A stretch of DNA of 63,771 nucleotides, the filler included, from an uncultured Gemmatimonadota bacterium (lineage in GTDB: Bacteria > Blakebacterota > Blakebacteria > Blakebacterales > Blakebacteraceae): assembly GCA_964576115.1 (NCBI GenBank). It is 4 parts of 4 records of this genome, joined end to end, with 100 filler letters (N's around TTAATTAATTAA, not from the genome) between each part and the next. Parts side by side here need not be neighbours in the genome. Positions count along the whole stretch, not along the records: positions 1 to 19,479 come from CAZNUA010000053.1; 3 more parts are not named here. One strand, written 5' to 3'. Of the stretch, positions 1 through 11,535 are shown one piece after another. Made by a program: the position numbers and the translations under genes. Numbering within the stretch: position 1 is the first letter of the stretch; each line of letters opens with the position of its first letter. Under the pieces are notes generated by a model. The model had not been told where the DNA came from. It worked only from the letters and a program-made list of their open reading frames with translations, and did not search any database.

Positions 1-2
1 TT

Positions 3-1226
3 CTAGAAATACACCCGGGCCCGGATGAAGCCGCCCTGGCCCTGGGAGCCGAATTCGGTGCCCTCGTCGCCGGCCGATAGATAGCCGTAGAGGGTCAGGT
101 CGACGTTCTGGGCGAAGGAATAGAGCACGGTGGGGATGAGGACGAGACTGCGGTCGCCGGTGTTGGCCAGGCCCGATACGGAGAAGGTCCAGAGCTGCCA
201 GGCCGGGTGGCTCAGGGTGGCGAAGAGCATGCCTTTGCCCAGCGTGCGTCGGGTTCCGGTCAGGCGTGAAAGCCAGGTGGTCAGCGAGTAGGGCTCGTCC
301 CACTGACCCCGGCCGTCGTAGTAACCCTCGACCGCCAGCAGGGTGCCCCACGGCAGGGTTGTATTTCCTCCCACGGTCGCCTCCCACCAGGTGCTGCCGG
401 CGTGCCGGTTGTAGGTGGCCTCGCCCCACAGCCCGAAGCCGAGAACCTCTCCGGTCACATCCCCCCCCAGCACGAGCCGTCGTTCGGTTCCGCCGACCGG
501 CCGGCCCATGAAGTCGAGACTGGTCGATTCGTGCAGTTCGGCCACCAGGGCCGAGAGATCCCAGCCGCTGATATGGTGGCGCAGTCGCAGCGCCTTCGCG
601 CTGGAACGGGGTCCGCCGTCGGGCACGTAGACCAGACTGATGTCCCCCAGCGGTCCGGTGGGCAGACTGGCCTGCACCGCCCCGACCCCCTCGCGTTCGT
701 AGGTCGGTTCGAGCAGGTTCTTGGGTCGGAAGAGCTCGGTGGGATTGAAGACCATCCCCCGGCCCCAGGCCAGGTACTGCTTGCCGGCGGTGATCGTGAA
801 CGGCCCGGGTCGCAGGACGACATAGGCGTGGTTGAGGAAATGCTGATCCTCGATCGGAATCGGAAAGGTCGGCGCCAGAGCTTTATAGCGCTCGGGCAGC
901 AGGTCGCGCAGGCGGATCGAGGTGTTGCCGCGGTAGATCTGCCAGACGACCGCGGCCGAAGCCCGGGTGCTGCGCCCGGCGGTGACGTCGACGTCGGCCC
1001 GCAGGCGGTCGTAATCCAGATGGCTCCAGGCGCCGTCGTGACGGGCCAGGCTGTACTGGTGCTCGAAGTAGCCGGTCAGAACGGCTCCCTCCTGGGCCCG
1101 GGCGGTCCGCGGCCCGGAGACGAGCGTTCCGGCGAACAGGAGCAGGATGGAGAACAGGTGCGGGAGTGAGCAGGGAAGGATGAGTGGTAAGGCGATGAGT
1201 GACCGTCGGCTGGAGGATCGCCTCAC
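3..1226 (-). CDS. Secreted protein, probable outer-membrane beta-barrel of the Lol-like ABC cluster
   Basis: Signal peptide (...TARA|QEG), alternating amphipathic strands, C-terminal aromatic residue (RARVYF); overlaps stop of the upstream LolA-like gene. Confidence 0.6.
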   Translation of the reverse strand: MRRSSSRRSLIALPLILPCSLPHLFSILLLFAGTLVSGPRTARAQEGAVLTGYFEHQYSLARHDGAWSHLDYDRLRADVDVTAGRSTRASAAVVWQIYRGNTSIRLRDLLPERYKALAPTFPIPIEDQHFLNHAYVVLRPGPFTITAGKQYLAWGRGMVFNPTELFRPKNLLEPTYEREGVGAVQASLPTGPLGDISLVYVPDGGPRSSAKALRLRHHISGWDLSALVAELHESTSLDFMGRPVGGTERRLVLGGDVTGEVLGFGLWGEATYNRHAGSTWWEATVGGNTTLPWGTLLAVEGYYDGRGQWDEPYSLTTWLSRLTGTRRTLGKGMLFATLSHPAWQLWTFSVSGLANTGDRSLVLIPTVLYSFAQNVDLTLYGYLSAGDEGTEFGSQGQGGFIRARVYF

Positions 1227-2017
1227 AAATCCCCTCCCTCGAGATAGCGCAGCGTGAAGATCTCCTCGGGGACCTCAACATCGAGTTCGAACTCGATGAG
1301 TTCCAGGGTGGTCGAGGTATCGGCCTGCAGGGCGTTGTCGAGGGTGATCCGGAAGGGATACCAGCGCTCACCCACCCGGCGTACGTCCCCCAGGGTGGCG
1401 GTCTTGAGCAGACGGCCGCTGCGGGCGTAGCGCTCTTCTTTCAGGGGTATCCAGCGTTCGGTGTCGATCCAGAGCCGCTCTGAAGGATAGGCCAGACCGC
1501 TGGTCTTGCCGGTGAGGTGCAGCACCCAGGCAGGGCGGCCGTCGATCTCCTCTTGACCCTCGATCACGGCGTCGTAGTCCTCGATCAGGCTGGGATTCTC
1601 CGAGGCGTCGCCGTAGGAGAAGTCGCTGCCCATCAGTCCCTGGCGCAGCATGTGCCCCTGTATGCGCACGCTCTTGCCCACCCGGGGCAGGTAGATCCAC
1701 ATCAGGTCGGGGCCCAGGCGCAGGAAGCGGCTGCCGGCATCGCGGGCCGGGGCGGTGAACTCGAGGAAAGAGCGGTCCTCGCCCTGCGACCACGAGCTGA
1801 ACTCGAGCTCGCGCACGTCGCCGTCGGAGTAGGTAATGATCATGCGGGCGGTGGACCGGGCGCTGGTGAAGGTCATGTTGGCATCGACCCGGCGCAGGAT
1901 CTCCTCGGCCGAGGGCTGGGCCCGGACCGTCGCCGGCAGCAGCAGACAGCCGAAGAGGATCGCGGACAGAAGAACGATCGGGTATCTCGGAGCGGGCTTC
2001 AGGACGGCAATGATCAT
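1223..2017 (-). CDS. Outer-membrane lipoprotein-sorting (LolA-like) protein
   Basis: Signal peptide; motifs F..PARDAG.RFL, MWIYLP, MGSDFSYGD, FTLRYL typical of the LolA-like family; ATGA-type coupling on both sides. Confidence 0.8.
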   Translation of the reverse strand: MIIAVLKPAPRYPIVLLSAILFGCLLLPATVRAQPSAEEILRRVDANMTFTSARSTARMIITYSDGDVRELEFSSWSQGEDRSFLEFTAPARDAGSRFLRLGPDLMWIYLPRVGKSVRIQGHMLRQGLMGSDFSYGDASENPSLIEDYDAVIEGQEEIDGRPAWVLHLTGKTSGLAYPSERLWIDTERWIPLKEERYARSGRLLKTATLGDVRRVGERWYPFRITLDNALQADTSTTLELIEFELDVEVPEEIFTLRYLEGGDL

Positions 2018-3264
2018 TCTCTCAAGGCCTCCGCCGGCTTCATCCGGATCGCCCGTCGGGCCGGCAGCAGAGTGGCGGCCCCCGCGGTGAGTACTCCCAG
2101 GCCGATCCCGATGATCAGGTGGCTCAGTTTCCAGTCGGGGTAGAATATCGCGCTCACCGGCCAGTCCATGCCCTCGAAGGCCTTGGACATGTTGAGGCCG
2201 GTCTTCTCGAGCCAGAGGGCGAAACCGCTGCCCACCAGAGCGCCGATCACGGCTCCGATGAGACCGATGATCATCCCCTCGCTGATGATGAGTCCGAAGA
2301 TATGCGAGGTGCGCATCCCCATCGCACTCAGCATCCCGAACTCCTGGGTGCGTTCCATGACCGTCATGAGCATGGTGTTGACGATGATCAGTCCCGCCAT
2401 GAAGAGGAAGATGAACATGATGACCGCGTAGATGGCATCGGCCATGTCCAGCAGCTGGAAGATCTCGCCCTGCTCTTTCCAGGGGGTAACTGCCACGCCA
2501 CCGGGAACGAGGGGATCGAGTTCGGCGTGCAGAGAGACGGCTGTCACATCCGCCTCTTCGAAATCCTCGACGAAGACGAGAATCTCGGTTGTCGCATCCT
2601 CGAGGTAGGTCATCTCCTGGGCCTGGTCGAGGGGCAGGAAAACGGTCACCCGGTCGAGCGGATCGACTCCGGTGGCCGCCAGCCCCGTGATCGGCGCCCG
2701 CAGGCCGCCCAGCGAGCGATAGGCGGTCTGCCCCAGCAGGGTCAGGGTGTCGCCGACTGTAAGCCCCAGATGCTCGGCCAGCAGGTGACCGACCAGCAGC
2801 CCGGCTTCACCCGCCTGCGGCGCCCGTCCCTCCGATACCATGGCCAGGATATCGAGGTAGCCGACCTCCCGCTCCAGGTCGGCTCCGATGAGGATGGCCG
2901 CCCGGTTGTCTGTGCCGTTGTCGGCCAGGACAGCGGTTCTGATCCGGGGCAGGGCCTCGACGACATCGGGGTGGGAGCGGATGACGGGCAGGAGCTCGGA
3001 GAGATGGGGCACATTCAAATGCAGGGGAAGAAACCGCTCCCGGTCCGGATACTCGCTCTGGGTGATCCGGATGTGTCCCGACTGGATCCTGGCCCAGCTA
3101 TCCAGGAAATCGTCGAGGAGACCGTTGATGTATCCGAAAGCGAAGGTCACGACGGCCACCGCGGCCAGGACCGCGGACATCGTCAATAGAGTGCGCCGGG
3201 TGTTGCGCCGGGTGTTGCGTACCGCCAGGCGGAGCAGGGGGAGGCGCCGGTTCGGATCAGACAT
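2014..3264 (-). CDS. ABC transporter permease, FtsX/MacB/LolE type
   Basis: LAVRN..RN.RRT N-terminus, NTMLMTVMERTQEFGMLSAMG motif, C-terminal PARRA..M.P.EALR; start moved to ATG 3264. Confidence 0.85.
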   Translation of the reverse strand: MSDPNRRLPLLRLAVRNTRRNTRRTLLTMSAVLAAVAVVTFAFGYINGLLDDFLDSWARIQSGHIRITQSEYPDRERFLPLHLNVPHLSELLPVIRSHPDVVEALPRIRTAVLADNGTDNRAAILIGADLEREVGYLDILAMVSEGRAPQAGEAGLLVGHLLAEHLGLTVGDTLTLLGQTAYRSLGGLRAPITGLAATGVDPLDRVTVFLPLDQAQEMTYLEDATTEILVFVEDFEEADVTAVSLHAELDPLVPGGVAVTPWKEQGEIFQLLDMADAIYAVIMFIFLFMAGLIIVNTMLMTVMERTQEFGMLSAMGMRTSHIFGLIISEGMIIGLIGAVIGALVGSGFALWLEKTGLNMSKAFEGMDWPVSAIFYPDWKLSHLIIGIGLGVLTAGAATLLPARRAIRMKPAEALRE

Positions 3265-4528
3265 GGCGTAGCGCCTCCACGGCATCGAGTCGGCTCGCCC
3301 GGGCGGCCGGATAGAGCGCCGCCAGCGTCGCCAGCAATCCGGTCGCGAGCCAGATCACGACGATCATGACGAGGTTGAAGGCGGGATAGATGACCCCCCG
3401 GACGGGGTAGCCGATATCCATATCCCCGTAGGTGGCGGTGAGGTCCCAGCCGTTGGTGGCCAGCCAGATGATGGGAATGAGCGCGATCAGGGTTCCGACA
3501 GCCCCGCCGAGCAGACCATTCACGGCGCCCTCGACGAGGAAAATCCGGCGCACGCCCTGCCGGCGCAGTCCCATGGCCATGAGCATCCCGATCTCCCGGG
3601 TTCGCTCGTAAGTGGCCATGAGGATGGTGTTGGTGATGCCGACCACGGCCATGAGCAACAGGATGCCCAGCATGACGCCCTGCCCCGAACGCTTGATCTT
3701 GGTCAGGGCGATGAAATTGTCCTCGATCGAGCGCCAACCCTTCACCTCTACGTCACCGGAGCCCGCCAGGGCTTCGTTTACCCGCTGCATGGCTGCCTCT
3801 TCCCGCACCCCCATCCGGAACCGCAGGGCGAGTTCGGTCACCGACTCCGGCATCTCCAGCACCTCCTGGGCTCCGTTCAGGGAGATCAGGAACGAGTTCT
3901 GGTCGATCAGGGGATTGCCGGTACCGATGACGCCGATGACCGGCAGATCGAGCGCTTCGTACGCACCCGCGGCCGTCTTGGTCAGGACCGTCAGCCAGTC
4001 GCCGGGCGCGACCGCAAAGAGATCGGCCAGCCCGCTGCCGAGCAGCATGCCCTCCTCCGCGGGATCGAGATAGGCCCCGTCCACGATCGCCTCCGGGATG
4101 CGGAAGACGTCGGTGTCGCTACCCGAAAGGTCGATGCCGATGCCCTGGCAGGGGATCTGATCCACCCCGTTCGAGAGCTGGGCGAAGAAGGTCAGGCGGG
4201 GAGTCGTGGCGGCCACGCCGGGTACCGACTCGATCGTGGCCCGAAGTCCGGCGAAATCGTCCAGAACGGGCTCCAGGGGTAGCTCGTTCCTCTCGTCGAA
4301 GTATCCGGCGGCATAGACCTTGGCGTGACCGGTCTGAAAGTTGATCAGGTTGTCGAAGCTCTGCTGTTCGAGACCCGCCATCAGGGAGAAGCTGAACTGC
4401 ATCAGGACCACGGCGATGGCCACCGTCGAGGCGGTGATCAGGGTGCGCCGCCGGTTGCGGAACAGGTTCCTGATCCCGAGCCGGAAGGTGGTCCCGAAAT
4501 CCAGGGTACCGGGGACGATCTCATCCAT
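3257..4528 (-). CDS. ABC transporter permease, FtsX/MacB/LolC type
   Basis: RNLFRNRRRT, NTILMATYERTREIGMLMAMG, YPAARASRLDAVEALRH; start 4528 (alternative 4549) overlaps ATPase stop. Confidence 0.85.
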   Translation of the reverse strand: MDEIVPGTLDFGTTFRLGIRNLFRNRRRTLITASTVAIAVVLMQFSFSLMAGLEQQSFDNLINFQTGHAKVYAAGYFDERNELPLEPVLDDFAGLRATIESVPGVAATTPRLTFFAQLSNGVDQIPCQGIGIDLSGSDTDVFRIPEAIVDGAYLDPAEEGMLLGSGLADLFAVAPGDWLTVLTKTAAGAYEALDLPVIGVIGTGNPLIDQNSFLISLNGAQEVLEMPESVTELALRFRMGVREEAAMQRVNEALAGSGDVEVKGWRSIEDNFIALTKIKRSGQGVMLGILLLMAVVGITNTILMATYERTREIGMLMAMGLRRQGVRRIFLVEGAVNGLLGGAVGTLIALIPIIWLATNGWDLTATYGDMDIGYPVRGVIYPAFNLVMIVVIWLATGLLATLAALYPAARASRLDAVEALRHV

Positions 4529-5225
4529 GGCCGTTGCCTCTCCGCTCATCCGATTCCACCATCCCGTCGCGCAGCATCACCAGCCGGGAGGCGTGTCCCA
4601 TCACCAGGGGATCGTGGGTGGAGAAGACGAAGGTCGTGCCCCGGCGTTCGTTCATCTCGTGCATCAGGGCCATGAGTTCCTCGGCCGTGGTCGAATCGAG
4701 GTTGGCGGTCGGTTCGTCGGCCAGGACCAGCGTGGGCTCCTTGACCAGCGCCCGGGCCACCGCAACCCGCTGTTGCTGACCTCCGCTCAGTTCGTTGGGG
4801 CGTCGGTCCGACAGGCCGGCCAGCCCCACGTCCTCGAGGATCTCCTCGACTCTCCGGGCCCGTTCACCGGCATCGGTGACCCCTTTCAGATGCAGGGGGA
4901 ACTCCACGTTCTCGAAGGCGGTCAGCACCGGGATCAGGTTGAAAGTCTGGAAGACGAAGCCGAGGTGGGTGTTGCGGAAATCGGCGATGGCCTTCGACGA
5001 GAGCCCCTCGGTGGACTCGCCGCCGATCCGGATGGTTCCGGCGGTCGGAGTGTCGAGCACGCCGAGGAGGTTCAGCAGGGTGGTCTTGCCCGAGCCGGAG
5101 GGGCCCGCGATGCTCATGAAGGAGCCGTCTTCGATCTCGAGGGTGAGCCCCCTGATCGCGGGGACGTCAACCGCCCCGACCCGGTAGGTCTTCTCGACGT
5201 CGGTCAACGATGCGGCTGCGGCCAT
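4521..5225 (-). CDS. ABC transporter ATP-binding protein (LolD-like)
   Basis: Walker [18 protein letters not shown] signature, [14 protein letters not shown]. Confidence 0.9.
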   Translation of the reverse strand: MAAAASLTDVEKTYRVGAVDVPAIRGLTLEIEDGSFMSIAGPSGSGKTTLLNLLGVLDTPTAGTIRIGGESTEGLSSKAIADFRNTHLGFVFQTFNLIPVLTAFENVEFPLHLKGVTDAGERARRVEEILEDVGLAGLSDRRPNELSGGQQQRVAVARALVKEPTLVLADEPTANLDSTTAEELMALMHEMNERRGTTFVFSTHDPLVMGHASRLVMLRDGMVESDERRGNGHG

Positions 5226-5282
5226 GGTCGCTGTCCTTTCTGGCGCCCGGTTACACAGGAGCGTTCAGTCCGGCGGGAGGCC

Positions 5283-5846
5283 TCAGTGCAGGCCGCCGTC
5301 CCCGAAGATCTCCTGATTGATCGTTTCGACTTCGGTCCCCGGAGCGACCACGGGGATGGTAAAGGTGAAGGCCTTGGTGGTCGGCATCAGGCAGACCTGC
5401 TCGGTGCAGGTCTGATAGTACAGACCCATCGGTACTTCCAGCTCGCCCGTTTCGGCATCGGCAGGCAGGCGGCCGACCAGTTTGATGACGATCCGGTCCC
5501 AGTACTCCTCGCCGATGAGCCCGGGCAGGTCCTCATCGGGTTTCTTATAATCCTCGGGGTAGCGCACGAAGGGCCAGGCCACGGGCGAATCCTCGGGGAT
5601 CTTCAGGTCGGTCGCGATCACCATCGGATCGGTCGTGCCGTGGGCGTAGAGATGGTAACCGGCGGCGATCTCGACCACGACTGCGGCCTGGAAGGTGGCG
5701 CCCGGTTCGAAGCCGGTTTTCGGCAGAGCCGGGGTGAGGTTGACGACCTCCTCGGGTTTCATGATCTGCGCCCCGGCCCCGGCGGGCAGGGCGAGCAGAC
5801 AGGCAGCGAGCAAGCCGGCGGTGAGCAGAGTATTCCGGGTGTGCAC
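5283..5846 (-). CDS. Secreted stand-alone DsbD N-terminal-domain protein
   Basis: Signal peptide, IAAGYHLY and YQTCTEQVCLMP (DsbD-alpha dicysteine motif). Confidence 0.7.
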   Translation of the reverse strand: MHTRNTLLTAGLLAACLLALPAGAGAQIMKPEEVVNLTPALPKTGFEPGATFQAAVVVEIAAGYHLYAHGTTDPMVIATDLKIPEDSPVAWPFVRYPEDYKKPDEDLPGLIGEEYWDRIVIKLVGRLPADAETGELEVPMGLYYQTCTEQVCLMPTTKAFTFTIPVVAPGTEVETINQEIFGDGGLH

Positions 5847-6107
5847 GGTCAGAGCCTCCTGAGGGTGGGGGTGTTCTCCTACCCGATCAAAGATAGGATC
5901 GAATCCGTATCCGTGCTACACCTCAGGATACGGCACGGATCGGAGCTTCTTCACTGCCGTCCGCACCGCCGCCGGTGCGGGCCGGTCGAATCGGGATCCG
6001 GTCGGGCCCGGGTTTCACCATTCTCATCGCGCATTTCTTTGTATAACGTTACAGGTTGGTTCTGTCACGACCGCCGGACCTGTATTCCGCACACCGAGGA
6101 GGCTCAG

Positions 6108-8585
6108 ATGAAGCACGCCCCATTTTGTACCCGACTGCTTTCCCCTGCTTCGCTACCGTCCCGCGAGCGCACCGCTCGCGCTGCCGGTTTGCTCGCGCTC
6201 GCGATCCTCGCCCTTCTCGCTGCGGCGCCCGCTGCGGCCCGGGCTCAGGCGGGGGCCGGCCGGCTCGACATCGAGACAATCATGCAGGATCAGTCGTGGG
6301 TGAGCTCGCCCCCCTCGGGGATCGTCTGGAGCGAGGACTCGCGCTTCCTCTACTTCCAGTGGGATCGGGAACGGACCGGTGAACCGCAGGTCTGGCGGGT
6401 ACCGGCTGCCGGAGGAGAGCCCGAAATGGTCCCACTGGATGAGCTGCTGGCTCTGCCGGCGGTGGTGCGATCGGGCTACAGCGGGGGGGTCTCGCTCTCC
6501 TTCGCCGGCGTCTGGGATGAAGCCCATCGCCGGAGGGTTTTCACCCGCGACGGCGACCTGTGGATCTGGGACGCCCGGCGCGGCGAGCAGACCCGTCTCA
6601 CGTTCACAACCGACGCGGAGAGTTCGGTGCAGTGGTCGGCCGATGAAGAGCGCCTCTTTTTCACCTCGGGTACCGATCACTTCAGCATCACCCCCGCCGG
6701 GGGCGAGCTGCGCCAGTGGATCCGTTTCGAGAGCGGCCGCGAGGCAGCGGGAGAGCGCGGGGCCCCGAAGACCGAACTGCAGACCTGGCTCGAGGCCCAG
6801 CAGCTCGAGCTGTTCGATATCGTCCGCAGCCGGCGCGAAGCGGCCGAACGCAGCCGGGCGGCCCGGGAGCGCTTCCCGAATCCGGAGCGCCCGCTCACGG
6901 TGCGGCCCGGGGCGGGAGAGCAGTTCGCCGGGAGCACGATCACCTCCGACGGTCGCTTCGTCCCCTACCTGCTCTATATCCGCCCCCGGCAGCAGGGACA
7001 GCGGACGATCGTGCCCGACTACGTGACCGAAGACGGCTTCGTCCGCGACCGCAACTCCCGTACCAAGGTGGGCGAACCGCTCGGGCGCTACCGGCTGGGC
7101 ATTGCCGATACCGAGCGCGATACGAGCTTCGCGGTCGATCTCTCCCTGCTCGACGATCTGGTGGCCGAACCGCTCGGGCCGCCGAATGCCGACGGCAACT
7201 GGAAAGAACAACAGGGAGCGGTCCTGCCGGTACGCATCAGCCTGCCGCAGATCGGGCCCGACAACCGGCGGGGCATCGTGGAGGTTCGCTCGCTCGACAA
7301 CAAGGATCGTTTCCTGCTCGGGCTGGAGCTGGAATCGGGCCGGGTTCACCTCATCGACCACCAGCACGACGACGCCTGGATCGGGGGACCGGTGTACGGT
7401 CTGGGATGGATGCCCGACGGCGAGAGCCTCTGGTATCTGTCCGAGAAAACCGGCTATGCCCACCTCTATGTGAAGAACTTCGACGGCTCGGGCGAGCGAG
7501 CCCTGACCGCGGGCGCCTTCGAGATCTACAACGTCCGGCTCGATGAGGAGAACGATCGCTGGTTCTTTGCGGCCAACGACACCCACCCCGGAGTACGGCA
7601 TTTCTATTCCATGCCGCTTGCCGGCGGCGAGTGGACCCGCTACACCTCCGGGCAGGGGGCCCATAATGTGTCGGTGAGCCCCGACGGACACTGGTTGGCC
7701 GATCTGTGGAGCCGGGCCGATCATCCAGCCGAGCTCTACGTCAAGCGCCTGCGCCCCGGTGACGAACTGGTTCAGGTAACCGAATCCACCAGCCCCGAAT
7801 GGCGTTCCTGCGACTGGATCGCGCCGCCGGTGGTGACGTTTGCCGCCCGGGACGGCGCCACGGTCTACGCCCGTCTGTACCGCGACGAAAACTGGCAGCC
7901 CGGGGGGCCGGCGGTGATTTTCGTTCACGGCGCGGGGTATCTGCAGAACGCCCATACCTGGTGGAGTTCGTATCAGCGCGAATACATGTTCCACCACTTC
8001 CTGATGCAGGAAGGTTACCTCGTACTCGACATCGACTACCGGGGTTCGGCCGGCTACGGCCGCGACTGGCGCACCGGTATTTATCGCTGGATGGGGGATA
8101 AAGATCTGACCGACCAGGTCGATGGAGCCCGCTGGCTGATCGACGAATACGATGTCGATCCCGACCGGATCGGCATCTACGGAGGATCCTATGGCGGGTT
8201 CATGACCCTGATGGCGATGTTCACGACCGATACCTTTGCCGCCGGAGCGGCCCTGCGGCCGGTGACCGATTGGGCGCACTACAATCACGGCTACACCGCG
8301 AACATCCTGAACGTCCCCCAGGCCGACTCGGTGGCCTATGCGCGCTCATCGCCGATCTATCACGCCGAAGGGCTCGACGGGGCTTTACTCATCTGTCACG
8401 GTCTGGTAGATACCAATGTACACCCCCAGGATTCCATTCGGCTCGCCCAGCGCCTCATCGAACTCCGGAAGGAGAACTGGGAACTCGCGCTCTATCCCGT
8501 TGAGGGTCACGGTTTCACTGAACCGACCTCGTGGATGGACGAGTACAAGCGTATCTTCAAACTCTTCGAGACCTGGCTGAAATAG
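6108..8585 (+). CDS. S9 family (DPP IV-like) serine peptidase
   Basis: GGAGG RBS before ATG 6108; propeller region then GIYGGSYGG (Ser), DTNVH (Asp), EGHGF (His). Confidence 0.9.
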   Translation: MKHAPFCTRLLSPASLPSRERTARAAGLLALAILALLAAAPAAARAQAGAGRLDIETIMQDQSWVSSPPSGIVWSEDSRFLYFQWDRERTGEPQVWRVPAAGGEPEMVPLDELLALPAVVRSGYSGGVSLSFAGVWDEAHRRRVFTRDGDLWIWDARRGEQTRLTFTTDAESSVQWSADEERLFFTSGTDHFSITPAGGELRQWIRFESGREAAGERGAPKTELQTWLEAQQLELFDIVRSRREAAERSRAARERFPNPERPLTVRPGAGEQFAGSTITSDGRFVPYLLYIRPRQQGQRTIVPDYVTEDGFVRDRNSRTKVGEPLGRYRLGIADTERDTSFAVDLSLLDDLVAEPLGPPNADGNWKEQQGAVLPVRISLPQIGPDNRRGIVEVRSLDNKDRFLLGLELESGRVHLIDHQHDDAWIGGPVYGLGWMPDGESLWYLSEKTGYAHLYVKNFDGSGERALTAGAFEIYNVRLDEENDRWFFAANDTHPGVRHFYSMPLAGGEWTRYTSGQGAHNVSVSPDGHWLADLWSRADHPAELYVKRLRPGDELVQVTESTSPEWRSCDWIAPPVVTFAARDGATVYARLYRDENWQPGGPAVIFVHGAGYLQNAHTWWSSYQREYMFHHFLMQEGYLVLDIDYRGSAGYGRDWRTGIYRWMGDKDLTDQVDGARWLIDEYDVDPDRIGIYGGSYGGFMTLMAMFTTDTFAAGAALRPVTDWAHYNHGYTANILNVPQADSVAYARSSPIYHAEGLDGALLICHGLVDTNVHPQDSIRLAQRLIELRKENWELALYPVEGHGFTEPTSWMDEYKRIFKLFETWLK

Positions 8586-8600
8586 CCCGGGAGGTTCGCT

Positions 8601-9453
8601 ATGGGCAGCGCATCCGAGAAACCGGCCGCAAGGATCCTTCTGGTCGACGACAACGAAGCGATCCAGAATTTCATGACCGAGGTCTTTACCAGCTGGGGGC
8701 CGTTCGAGAACAGTCCCTGTGCGGTCACCACAGCCGGCAGTGTGGTCGAAGCCGACGAGAAACTCGGGACCGGCGAGTTCGATCTGATCATCCTCGACAT
8801 GGTTTTGGGCGACGGGAACGGTCTGCAGGTCCTCGAAACGGTCCGGACCCTGACCTCGCCGCCGCCGCCGGTGGTGGTAGTCTCGGCCGACGATCCCCCC
8901 GACCTGCAGCGACGGGCGATGGAACTGGGGGCGCACAGTTTCCTGCGCAAGGGTGACGGTGTGGAATCGCTGGTCCGGACCACGCTGACCGTGCTGGACG
9001 CCGCCCCGTCCCGCGCTCCGGAACCGGAAACACTGGATGCTGAGGACCGCCGAACGCAGGAGTCGGGCCCTGGCCGGATTCTCATCGTGGATGACGACCC
9101 TCTGGTATCCGATGCTCTGGGGAGCATGATCAATCTGCTCGAGGATGTCGAGGTGCGCCTGGCGTTGGGGGGACGGGAAGGTCTTGCAACCGCCGGGGAG
9201 TGGAACCCTCACGTGATTCTGCTCGATATCGCCATGCCCGACCTCGACGGCCGGCAGACATTGCAAATACTGACCGAACAGGGAATCAAGGCGCGGGTCA
9301 TCATGGTCTCGGCCTTCCGGGATTCTGAGATCGCCCAGGAGTGCATCGATCTGGGGGCGGTGGATTACATTCCCAAACCGGTCGACTTTCCCTTCCTGAA
9401 ACGAGCCGTGGCAGGTCATCTCGCCCTGGCCCGACGGGAGGCGGTGCGGCGCG

Positions 9454-9458
<5 letters not shown>
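8601..9458 (+). CDS. Response regulator with two receiver domains and no output domain
   Basis: Two repeats of ILxVDD...LD(M/I)...VSA...(F/Y)xxK. Confidence 0.85.
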
Positions 9459-10136
<678 letters not shown>

Positions 10137-10140
<4 letters not shown>

Positions 10141-11480
10141 TCGGGCGCGACGCTCTCGGCTATGCCTTCTCCCATCTCGGCAAAGCCCGCCTGCGCACCA
10201 TTCTGACCGCAGCCGGAGTCTCGATCGGTATCGGGGCCATGACCAGCATGGTTTCGGTCGGTACCGGCACCCAGCGCCGGGTACTGCAGGCCTTCAACGA
10301 GGAAAACCTGCTGACCGCCATCACGGTCAGACCCGATTCGGGTATCATTCTCGATGACGCCGCAGTGGAAGAGCTGCGCCGGCTGCCCGGCGTGCGTGAC
10401 GCCTGGCCCCAGATCACTCTGCCCGGCCTGCTCCTGTTCGACTCCGAACGCACTCTGCGCACTCTCGAAGGGCTGCCCGCCCGGGTGGTGGCCGAGCAGG
10501 TGGCGAGCGGCCGGATCACACTCGTGGCCGGAAGGATCTACGAGGCGGGCGAGGAGGGGGTCATCATGCTCTCGGCCCGGGCTGCCGAAAGCCTGCTTCC
10601 GGAGGGGGCGGCTCCCGACACTCTTCTCGGCCGACGGGTTTCCTTCGTGGTGGCCCAGGCACCGGGGAGCGGAGAGGAAGAAAGGGAACTGACGCCGCCC
10701 GGCGGACTCGAGTCGCTGCCGATCGCCGGAATGCTCCGCACGCTGACCGGCCGGTTCATCTCTTCGGTCACGCTCGAAGTGCAGATCGTGGGGATCGTCG
10801 AGGGCCAGGCCACGCTGACCGACATGCTGGGAGTGAGCCTCTGGATTCCGCCCGCGGTGATCGAACCGCTCTACAGCCGGGCATTGCGCAGTCTGGAAAC
10901 GGTACTGACCGGCGAGATCTATGGCGGGGAGTACCCGTCGCTCCAGATCCTGGCTGAGGACGTCCTGCAGGTCAGGGCAGTTCAGGACCGTCTGCGCCAG
11001 CGCGGTCTGCGCGGGGCCTCGATTCTGGATCAGATCTCCGAGATCAGGACCGGTTTCGTGATTCTGAACGGCTTTCTGGCGGTTCTGGGCGGGGTGAGTC
11101 TCTTTGTCGCCGCCATGATGATCGTGAACACCCTCGTGATGGCGGTTCTCGAGCGCACCGGCGAGATCGGCCTGCTCAAGTCACTGGGAGCGTCGAATGC
11201 CGACGTGATGCGGCTGTTTCTGACCGAGGCGGCCGTGATCGGCCTGTTCGGCGGAATCGGCGGGCTCGTTCTGGGCAAGGTCGTGGCCGAGATCACGAAC
11301 CTCTTCGCCAACTGGCAGTTCCAGCGGGCGGGGGAGGTACAGGTCGACCTGGTGGCCTTCCCCCTCTGGCTGATTCTTGGCGGGCTGCTCTTCGCGGTCG
11401 GCGTCAGCCTGGCGGCGGGCTGGTACCCGGCACGGAGGGCCGCCCGGGTGGACCCGGTCGTGGCCCTCCGTCACTATTGA
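10137..11480 (+). CDS. ABC transporter permease (MacB-like)
   Basis: LRTILTAAGVSIG, NTLVMAVLERTGEIGLLKSLGA, PARRAARVDPVVALRH; GTGA overlap. Confidence 0.85.
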
Positions 11481-11535
11481 GTTGCCAGGCTCCTGGCAGG
11501 AGTCGAGTCGAGTCGAACTACCGGTACGATTACCC

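Noticed and set aside
4341-8585. 1414-aa giant ORF
   Set aside because: The first ~590 codons are the antisense shadow of ABC/DsbD genes; the real S9 peptidase starts at 6108 with RBS and signal peptide
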